Of a DNA stretch of 32,000 nucleotides, positions 25,121 to 32,000 are shown piece after piece; the stretch's first letter is position 1; each line of letters opens with the position of its first letter. The notes under the pieces were generated by a model, which was given only the letters and a program-made list of their open reading frames with translations, was not told the DNA's origin and did no database searches. The DNA comes from Candidatus Lokiarchaeum ossiferum (lineage in GTDB: Archaea > Asgardarchaeota > Lokiarchaeia > Sigyniarchaeales > Promethearchaeaceae). The stretch is from NCBI GenBank assembly GCA_025839675.1, contig CP104013.1, positions 4,950,001-4,982,000 of the forward strand, given 5' to 3'. The translations under genes and the position numbers were made by a program.

Positions 25121-26236
25121 TTACTGTATCCTCTTATAGATGATCAATAGTTTTTTGATTACTTCTTTCGAAGAATAATTTAGTTCAATATCATTTCTCG
25201 CACTTTCACGCATTTTTTCTGCAAAATTTTGATCATTGATATATTTTTCCATATTATTGGATAAATTTTTCACAGAATCTACTTGAAATACCAATCCATT
25301 TCTGTGATTTTTAATTAATTGCATATTTCCTGCAATGTTTGATACTATTACTGGAATTCCAAGGGCCATTGCTTCAAGTAAAGAATTACTTAACCCTTCA
25401 CTTTCCGAAGGTAATATAAAACAGTCAAAACTTGAATATATTTCATGAGCATTGGTTTGGAATCCTTTAAGTTTTATAACATTCTCCAATTGTTTTGATT
25501 TTATATATGAATCAATTTGATTATATAATGTGCCTAATCCATATAATTGGAGTGTAATTTCACAATTTTTCTGTAGAACAATCTCAAACGCTTCAAGCAT
25601 CAAAAAGATATTCTTGACCTTCTCAAGTCTTCCTACATAACCAAAACGGGTTATTTTTTTCATTTTTTTTATGTATTTAAAGTCGTCCAGATTAATTGCA
25701 TTTGGAATCAAATGGATTTTTTCGGTAGGAACATTGTAGTTTCTTTGTAAATCTTCTTTTATTCTATTATTCAATGCCTGAAAATGATTGGAATTTTCGA
25801 TCAAAAATTTTACAAAAATTTTATCTAGAGCTTTAATCAAATGATTTTTAGTTCTTGTATTGATCAATTGATAAATTTCACCACTGATTTTAGTCATTAT
25901 TTGGGTTTTTACAAACATTTTGAAGAATATACATGGAATTATAGTAATCCCTAAAATATGAGGATTTAAAATTGTGATTTCTTGTTTCTTATTGATGGAA
26001 AATAATCTGAAAAAGGTTTGGATAACAAAAAGAATTGAATTGCTTGAAAGCTGATGAATAATGATATTATTGGAATGTGGGATATACTTGGTATATTTTG
26101 TGATTAAATCAATCTTGATTTCCTTGTGGTTTGCATAAGTTGGAAGCAAACGTAAAATTTGTTTCTCCGCTCCACCAATTCTTAAATTCTTGCCCAAATT
26201 TTCATCCGTATTTGGAATTAATATTACGATATGCAT
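25121..26236 (-). CDS. Glycosyltransferase family 4 (GT-B)
   Basis: PSESEGLSNSLLEAMALGIPVIVSNIAGNMQLI is the GT4 signature. There is a 5-nt gap to the next gene. Confidence 0.8.
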   Translation of the reverse strand: MHIVILIPNTDENLGKNLRIGGAEKQILRLLPTYANHKEIKIDLITKYTKYIPHSNNIIIHQLSSNSILFVIQTFFRLFSINKKQEITILNPHILGITIIPCIFFKMFVKTQIMTKISGEIYQLINTRTKNHLIKALDKIFVKFLIENSNHFQALNNRIKEDLQRNYNVPTEKIHLIPNAINLDDFKYIKKMKKITRFGYVGRLEKVKNIFLMLEAFEIVLQKNCEITLQLYGLGTLYNQIDSYIKSKQLENVIKLKGFQTNAHEIYSSFDCFILPSESEGLSNSLLEAMALGIPVIVSNIAGNMQLIKNHRNGLVFQVDSVKNLSNNMEKYINDQNFAEKMRESARNDIELNYSSKEVIKKLLIIYKRIQ

Positions 26237-26257
26237 TGCGTGAAACTCCTAGGCATT

Positions 26258-27655
26258 TCAGATGGAAAAATCTAAATTGGAAATAATGCATTTTCGTTTT
26301 CCAGAAGCCAGAGAAGGAATAGATTTAACCTCATTAAAAGATACATTCAGTTGATGATCTAAGTCCTTTTTTATGATTTTTATAATTTTAGTTTTTAGTT
26401 TTTTTAATTTTTCTTGGGTGGAATTCTGATTAAATACATAATTTATTTGAATATGATCCAATCTATCTTGTATGACCTGAAAATCTAAAATTGATGTCTG
26501 ATGGTAGAAAAGGAATGTAAAAAATAAACTATGTGCGAGTTTTCCTGAAGGTGTCGGCATAAAATCTGATTTACGACCGTGTATTGTCTTCAAACGTTTT
26601 AAATTTCTTCCACATTTACATTTATGATTTGAAAACTCACCAATATCTTCATTTTGATATCTTATAAATGGAAACGTGTAATTAACTAAGTCTGTGAGAA
26701 TAATATGCCCAATTTCCGAGTTTTCTTTTTCCTTTTTTATTTCAACATGTCGTATCTCTTCACTAATATGTAAACCATCTTTATATTTGCATTCATGTGC
26801 AATACTCGATATCTCTCTACTCCCATAGCTATTAAATACATTCGTTTGGAACATTCTTTCAATAGTGTTTCTCATTTCGGGGTATAAATTTTCTGCGGCA
26901 GATTGAATATTAAATTTAAAATGACTGCAATCAAAGTTATTTTTTTCCAAAAATTGAGCAAAAGTATTAAGTGCATTTGCGTAGCCTATTAATATTTTTG
27001 GCTGGAACTTGGTAAGTTTATTGTAAAAAGATTGCATTTTATTTTGATCCATACTAAAAGAATTTAAAAAAATCTCTCCAGATACTAATTCGCGAAATCC
27101 TTGAAGTTTTCTATCCTTAAAATTCATATAATCTTTATGCGATCCCCAAATATATGCCTTTTTTTCCCATAAGTGCCAATCACACCATTGAAAGTGTCTT
27201 AATCGATCAGCAAATGTCCAAGTATGATAATATCTATCTTGAAAAAAATTCAAGGGGTTTCCTGTGGAACCACCTGTGGAATTTTGATATTCAGGAGGAT
27301 AAGCAATAAATTTGGAGTGCAATTTGTGAGAATTTTTCTGAATTTCGCTTTTTGTTATTATAGGAAGAATTTCTTCAAAAGATTCAATATCTTTAATATT
27401 GGAAATTCGAATTTTTAATCGCTCAATAAGTTCTTGATAAAATGGATTATGTTTAGAACAGAAACGCAATAATTTTACTATTTTATCATATTTTAATTCA
27501 TATATTTCTTGTTCTGAATAATATTGGGTTTGATTTAAAATGTTGAGATATTTCAAATAATTTTGCTTTTTAAAAAGATTATTATTATAGAGGTGCATCA
27601 TTTTCTTCCTCAAATTGGATTGAATGAGATCGAAGCTTGAATTATTTGAAACCAT
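26258..27655 (-). CDS. Adenylate-forming ligase of the PaaK/CapK/F390-synthetase family
   Basis: NSTGGSTGNPL (the T/SSG-S/T-TGxP AMP-binding loop), YGSREIS (YGxxE) and FPFIRYQNEDIG (the RYrtgD motif) are present. Confidence 0.7.
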   Translation of the reverse strand: MVSNNSSFDLIQSNLRKKMMHLYNNNLFKKQNYLKYLNILNQTQYYSEQEIYELKYDKIVKLLRFCSKHNPFYQELIERLKIRISNIKDIESFEEILPIITKSEIQKNSHKLHSKFIAYPPEYQNSTGGSTGNPLNFFQDRYYHTWTFADRLRHFQWCDWHLWEKKAYIWGSHKDYMNFKDRKLQGFRELVSGEIFLNSFSMDQNKMQSFYNKLTKFQPKILIGYANALNTFAQFLEKNNFDCSHFKFNIQSAAENLYPEMRNTIERMFQTNVFNSYGSREISSIAHECKYKDGLHISEEIRHVEIKKEKENSEIGHIILTDLVNYTFPFIRYQNEDIGEFSNHKCKCGRNLKRLKTIHGRKSDFMPTPSGKLAHSLFFTFLFYHQTSILDFQVIQDRLDHIQINYVFNQNSTQEKLKKLKTKIIKIIKKDLDHQLNVSFNEVKSIPSLASGKRKCIISNLDFSI

Positions 27656-27791
27656 TTTTGATTATTCTAAATTAAGTTATGGACTTAAAATTTATTAGAT
27701 GAATTTTATTTCACAATTCAAAAAAAAAAGATACTATCTTAAAATATCCTGGATTGAACCAAATGAGAAATTTCAGATTCATATTACAAGA

Positions 27792-28799
27792 TTACGAGGT
27801 TATGTGAATACTATTCAAATATTTTATATTGGGAATTAACCATCCAACTTGGAATTTTTTTTTTTTTAAGTATTTTACAGCCAATAGCAATAAATTTTCT
27901 TTAAACAAGCAAAAGAAAGGCTTTAGTAAAAAAGAATTGATAAATATGAAAATATAACTTTCCAATCTTTTGGATTGGATTGCGATCGATGCAAAATAAA
28001 ATTTATTGGCTAATTTTAAACTATTATTCATTAATAATCTAAAGGCTAAATTATTTAATTGATAAGAGAGAATTTCAGGATATTTGTTATATTGAATATA
28101 ATTTTTTATTAGAATTTTCAAAATACCCCTCACTTTTTTAAAATAATTTGATGAAATACTTTGATTTTGAATATAATAATTAACTAAATGTTCATTAACG
28201 AATTTTATTTTATATTTCTGAATTAATCTTATCCACAAATCCCAATCTTGTGCTGAATCTAAGTTATCATCAAATCCATTTACTTCATGGATATATTTTG
28301 TTCTAATCAAGGGGTAACTACAGCTGCCTATAAAATTAGTTTCTAATATTTTTTTTTTGGGGTTTTTTATTTGGGCAGGCAATTTTTTCTCATAAATAAT
28401 TTGGTTTGATTCGAGTTTTTTGATAAAACCGCAATAAACTATGCCTATTTCAGGAGAATTCATATTGAAAATTTGATATTGCTTCATGAGTTTATTTGGG
28501 AAAAATTCATCATCATCATCCAAAAATGCAATATATTTTCCCTTAGCTAGTTTTATTCCTAAATTCCTTGCTGCTGGTGCTCCATGTTTACCTTTTAAAC
28601 TTTGGAAAATGATGTTTTTTTCTTTAAAAATGCCTAATTCTTCTTGTACACTATAATCTGAATGATCATCTATGACAATTATTTCAGTAGATGGATAATT
28701 TTGACGAATTACGCTTTTTATGGCTCGTTTCAATTGTTTAAACCTGTTATGGGTCGGAATTATAACTGATATAAGTGGATATTCCATGAGAATTTCCAT
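27792..28799 (-). CDS. Glycosyltransferase family 2
   Basis: ISVIIPTHNRFKQLKRAIKSVIRQNYPSTEIIVIDDHSD, APAARNLG and AFLDDDDEF (the DxD motif) are present. The track start is TTG 28823. ATG 28799 (MEILMEYPL) is preferred. Confidence 0.85.
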   Translation of the reverse strand: MEILMEYPLISVIIPTHNRFKQLKRAIKSVIRQNYPSTEIIVIDDHSDYSVQEELGIFKEKNIIFQSLKGKHGAPAARNLGIKLAKGKYIAFLDDDDEFFPNKLMKQYQIFNMNSPEIGIVYCGFIKKLESNQIIYEKKLPAQIKNPKKKILETNFIGSCSYPLIRTKYIHEVNGFDDNLDSAQDWDLWIRLIQKYKIKFVNEHLVNYYIQNQSISSNYFKKVRGILKILIKNYIQYNKYPEILSYQLNNLAFRLLMNNSLKLANKFYFASIAIQSKRLESYIFIFINSFLLKPFFCLFKENLLLLAVKYLKKKKFQVGWLIPNIKYLNSIHITS

Positions 28800-28905
28800 T
28801 ACCCTATTTATTTCTTTATTCAAAATTAATTTTTTTCATTTATTACTTGAACTACTACTTGACATCGTTTTACTATTTATTTTCCCATGAATTGATCCCA
28901 AACAA

Positions 28906-30405
28906 TTATTTCATAGAAAACTCATCTTTTAATCCTTTTTTATAATTTTTTAAGTTGAATAAATCCAAAAAGAATGAAATATCATCCCTATTAATAAAAT
29001 GGCATATTATTAAGCTTATAATAAAAAAAATAAATGATATTAGCGAAGATAATACAAGAAGAATGAGTTGTGACTCAATAACTTCGATTAATAAGTATTT
29101 CAGTAGATAACTGATTAAAAATGTCAAGAAAGAAAGAGGTAATATGAAAAATAATTTGTTTTCACCTTCAATACCAAAATATTTTTTAGAAAAATATCGA
29201 TAAAATGCATAATCAATGATATTGAACGTCAAATTTAAAAAACAATAACCAATTACTCCAAATCCAAGCAAATTTATCCCCCATATGTTTTCCGGAATTA
29301 TGATCACAATTAGGATTAAAAAACACACACTTCTTATGGAAAGATATCTTGAAATTACTCCTTGTTTCTTCCCTGCATACAAATGCTTATTGTAAGGCCG
29401 ACTCAAACTGCTGAATAATGGAATAAAAACTAAGATTTGCAAAATTGGGATGGAATCTATATAATTTGGTAAAAAAATTTGGAAAGCGATTTCTGCATTT
29501 AATAATGTGAGGATTGCCACCGCACAATAAAAAATCGCAGAATATTTTTCGATTTTCTGTGTCATTTTTTGAATTTCTTTGTATTTATTGTTGACAAACC
29601 ATTTCGCAAAATAACTCTCGTATATTACACCGATCGATAGTGTCACGGTGGTTAAAGTTACGATTATAAATGATTTGACGAAAAAATAATAAGCAAATTG
29701 TTCTGTTCCATAAAAGTGATCAATTATTAAATTTCCAATATTATCATTGAAGATTAGAATTAAAGATGTAAAAATGAGTGGTTTAGTTTCTTTCAACAGC
29801 TGGAAAATTCTACTTTTAGAGATTTTCGTTCGAGTTCTTTCTCCTTTAGATATGTAAAGTGTAAAAAATAGATTAATTCCAGCAAATAATAGTGATACCG
29901 CACCATATACTATTAATGGGTTCGAAAATTTGTTTAAATTGATCGAGATAATTGTTTTTACTATTGCGTTCAAAAAACCAATTACAAAACTTGGAATTTC
30001 GGCTTTATATATTTTCAATTTTGCTCTGAGGTGAGTATTTACAACAATTGAATATTTTGTTATTAATTCAGTTAAAGAAATGAGCAGGAAATATCCTTTA
30101 TATTGAAAATCAATTAAGAAAATGAAAAATAAGAGAGAAATAAATGATAAAAATATAATGGACAATTTAATAAACATAAAATTTGAATAATAAGATTCAA
30201 AATTGGAATCTCCACTATGTTGAATATAAATGGATTCAATTCCAATTGATAAGAACATAGTGAATATTCCAATATAACTCGAAACTTCTCCAGTAACTCC
30301 CATTAATTCTAATGACAAGTATTTTGCAAAAAAGTAGGCCGCAAAGATGTTTAGAAACTGAAGTCCTACCTGAAAAATCATTCTAATTATAAATTTATCC
30401 TTCAT
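28906..30405 (-). CDS. Polysaccharide/oligosaccharide flippase (Wzx-like, MOP superfamily)
   Basis: The protein is ~500 aa and almost entirely hydrophobic, with a dozen or so predicted TM segments by eye. The N-terminal FAKYLSLELMGV resembles the PST-family AR.L.pe.fG motif. It is embedded in the glycosyltransferase operon. Start moved from the track's 30477 to ATG 30405, which avoids a 64-nt overlap with the upstream gene. Confidence 0.7.
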   Translation of the reverse strand: MKDKFIIRMIFQVGLQFLNIFAAYFFAKYLSLELMGVTGEVSSYIGIFTMFLSIGIESIYIQHSGDSNFESYYSNFMFIKLSIIFLSFISLLFFIFLIDFQYKGYFLLISLTELITKYSIVVNTHLRAKLKIYKAEIPSFVIGFLNAIVKTIISINLNKFSNPLIVYGAVSLLFAGINLFFTLYISKGERTRTKISKSRIFQLLKETKPLIFTSLILIFNDNIGNLIIDHFYGTEQFAYYFFVKSFIIVTLTTVTLSIGVIYESYFAKWFVNNKYKEIQKMTQKIEKYSAIFYCAVAILTLLNAEIAFQIFLPNYIDSIPILQILVFIPLFSSLSRPYNKHLYAGKKQGVISRYLSIRSVCFLILIVIIIPENIWGINLLGFGVIGYCFLNLTFNIIDYAFYRYFSKKYFGIEGENKLFFILPLSFLTFLISYLLKYLLIEVIESQLILLVLSSLISFIFFIISLIICHFINRDDISFFLDLFNLKNYKKGLKDEFSMK

Positions 30406-30413
30406 ATTATCAT

Positions 30414-31487
30414 CTATTTTTGCAAAGTTTCTCTGAATATTTTCTTTAGTTGATTTCCTATTTTTTTTGGCGTACAATACTGAAGATATGTTTTATATCC
30501 TTCATGAGCAATTTTGGTTCTCAATATTGAATTTGTATATAAAGTAAGAATTGAATTTGCAAGTGATTCTGGATCTTCCGCTTTACAGAGTATTGCATTA
30601 TGTCCGTTTGTGAATAACTCCCGAATTGCTGGGTGATTGGATGATATAATTGCCTTTTCCAATGCTATTGCAGCATAAATCTTATTTGGAATTACAATCT
30701 GAGACTTAATAGAATTACCAAAAATACCCAAAATGATATCCGCTCTATTCAATTCATTGATCAATTGAGTTTCTTGCATGAAAGGAATTATTTCTACATT
30801 GTTTAAATTATTTTTTAACTTGAATTCAAGCATTTCTCTGAACAGAATCTTTTTTGGATTTCCGCCGATTATTTTAAAATGGATTTCAGTTTGATTTAAC
30901 AAAATTTTTGCAGCTTGGAATATAATCGGTATTCCTTGTAATGGAATATAGCTACCAAAGAAAGTAACTTGAAAATGTTGAGTTTTTGATTTTGAAATGC
31001 TATTTTCTTTTTCATAATCAGAACCAACGAAAACTCTGTGAATTTTTGATTTTGGTACTTGAATTTCTTCTGAAAAATAATTTCCATGGATCTTGGTGTC
31101 CGATATTAGTACATCGGCCATATTAAACGATAGGTTTTCAACAAATCGCAAGATATTTCCACGTAGACTATGTTTCGGAAACATATGGTAGTCGTTTACT
31201 TTAGTATTATATTGTGATATCAGCGGGTCATAAACAATTTTCTTTCTCTTTACACATTTGAGCAAAAGTGCTATGGGCATTGCTAAAATACTTGCTGGAA
31301 ATCCAATAAATATGATGTTATATTCTTCATTTAATGCTTTTTTAAGAAGCAGCCATTTTCTTTTGAAACTCCTTACATTGAAAATGTTACAATGAATTAC
31401 TTCGATTGAGTTTGCTTGTAATCCTTTCAAAATTATTCTATTTCTTGAATAATTTTGATGATAGGAACCAAAAAATAGTGCTTTCAC
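30414..31487 (-). CDS. GT-B fold glycosyltransferase (GT4-like)
   Basis: The C-terminal VIPNKIYAAIALEKAIISSNHPAIRELFTNGHNAILCKAEDPESLANSI matches the donor-binding half of GT-B enzymes. The N-terminus is MKALFFGSYHQNYSRNRIILKGL. It has a 4-nt ATGA overlap with the upstream gene. Confidence 0.6.
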   Translation of the reverse strand: MKALFFGSYHQNYSRNRIILKGLQANSIEVIHCNIFNVRSFKRKWLLLKKALNEEYNIIFIGFPASILAMPIALLLKCVKRKKIVYDPLISQYNTKVNDYHMFPKHSLRGNILRFVENLSFNMADVLISDTKIHGNYFSEEIQVPKSKIHRVFVGSDYEKENSISKSKTQHFQVTFFGSYIPLQGIPIIFQAAKILLNQTEIHFKIIGGNPKKILFREMLEFKLKNNLNNVEIIPFMQETQLINELNRADIILGIFGNSIKSQIVIPNKIYAAIALEKAIISSNHPAIRELFTNGHNAILCKAEDPESLANSILTLYTNSILRTKIAHEGYKTYLQYCTPKKIGNQLKKIFRETLQK

Positions 31488-31996
31488 TCCCTCACATCCA
31501 TATTATTTCGCTTATTCTCAATTTTCTGATACCAGAAATAAATTACTCCTAATATTATTGCAGACAATAAATAGAAAGGGAGGGCATGAATATCATCATA
31601 AAATGGATTTCGTTCATTAGTTTCATTTTCATTGAAAACGATTTCTTCCATTTCTCCTTGAATTACTTCAATATTTCGTATAATTATAAACGGATCCCCA
31701 AGATCGAGCGTTGTTTTTATATTTCCTAAGTATATACGGTTTCTTAATTCAGACGATGTCTCATAAAAACTGTTTCGCCAATTTATGAATTGCATTTTTT
31801 TTGCATTAATTTCAGGTTCTCTTATGTAACAATAAGATTGGTCTGAATTAATTTGTATACTTTCAATACTTGTAAACAAATGAGTTTTATTTTGATTCTC
31901 GAAAGAAATTACAGAATCCAATGCATTCTGGAAATTAATGCCAATTTGAGTAAAGAAACTTTCAATATAATAGCTAATTCCGGTAGACAAATTCAT
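31484..31996 (-). CDS. Hypothetical protein with a C-terminal TM anchor, first visible gene of the glycan operon
   Basis: The ORF is 170 aa with the TM segment LPFYLLSAIILGVIYFWY near the C-terminus. I recognise no family. The frame is still open for the 4 nt upstream of the ATG, so the gene may extend beyond the window. Confidence 0.45.
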   Translation of the reverse strand: MNLSTGISYYIESFFTQIGINFQNALDSVISFENQNKTHLFTSIESIQINSDQSYCYIREPEINAKKMQFINWRNSFYETSSELRNRIYLGNIKTTLDLGDPFIIIRNIEVIQGEMEEIVFNENETNERNPFYDDIHALPFYLLSAIILGVIYFWYQKIENKRNNMDVRE

Positions 31997-32000
31997 TTCT

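Noticed and set aside
1448-31087. About 25 short (60-110 aa) ORFs in the track that lie antisense to, or in alternative frames of, well-supported genes. They are 1448-1702, 1996-2193, 4928-5122, 5832-6020, 5864-6055, 6579-6806, 7017-7208, 8735-9025, 9349-9534, 11575-11772, 13631-13873, 13641-13835, 14522-14716, 15480-15713, 16507-16716, 16527-16757, 16967-17155, 18655-18870, 19929-20129, 20557-20781, 20774-20956, 21024-21353, 23372-23563, 23640-23840, 27224-27418 and 30896-31087.
   Set aside because: Each is fully or largely contained within a longer ORF that has clear family motifs. Their translations are Cys/Phe/Ile/Ser-rich nonsense typical of off-frame AT-rich DNA. I recognised no motifs in any of them.
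1-32000. A search by eye for rRNA or tRNA genes, CRISPR repeats, IS elements with terminal inverted repeats, integrases and toxin-antitoxin or defence genes.
   Set aside because: There are no GC-rich structured islands typical of stable RNAs in an AT-rich genome, no regularly spaced direct repeats, and no transposase, integrase or nuclease-like ORFs in the six-frame track. All intergenic regions are 400 bp or shorter.

Overview
All calls below rest on reading the supplied translations and the DNA by eye. No database search, HMM or structure prediction was run.

The window is an AT-rich, gene-dense stretch of an archaeal chromosome. Archaeal markers include SRP19, ribosomal protein S8e, the CTP-type FAD synthase RibL, the UPF0200/UPF0201 pair and translin. 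Several proteins have eukaryote-like signatures, which suggests an Asgard (Loki-type) archaeon. This taxonomic call is an inference.

The window falls into three zones:

1. **1-17.5 kb, mostly housekeeping.**
   - A 5'-truncated GH127/DUF1680 glycosidase, SRP19 and S8e.
   - A mannose-activation module: a eukaryote-type PMM/Sec53 phosphomannomutase, a GT4 glycosyltransferase, a mannose-1-P guanylyltransferase and an odd membrane M28-like protein.
   - PRPP synthase, a P2-type cation ATPase, RibL, a divergent fused transketolase, an SDR epimerase, translin and ribulose-P 3-epimerase.

2. **18.5-22.8 kb, the most interesting part.** This is a tight island of eukaryotic-signature genes:
   - a Rab-like small GTPase whose P-loop lies upstream of the first ATG/GTG/TTG, so it may use an ATT start;
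   - a 295-aa protein whose N-terminus carries FLCN/NPRL2/DENN-type longin signatures and whose C-terminus looks ACT-like;
   - a single-domain gelsolin-like protein;
   - a small unknown ORF;
   - a CDP-alcohol phosphatidyltransferase of the inositol-phosphate-synthase type;
   - a Roadblock/LC7-small GTPase fusion.

3. **23.1-32 kb, a glycan-assembly island.** It is markedly more AT-rich than the rest. It holds 2 GT2 and 3 GT-B glycosyltransferases, a CapK/PaaK-like adenylating ligase, a Wzx/MOP flippase and a small membrane protein, mostly in one tightly packed minus-strand operon.

I saw no rRNA, tRNA, CRISPR array, IS element or obvious prophage.
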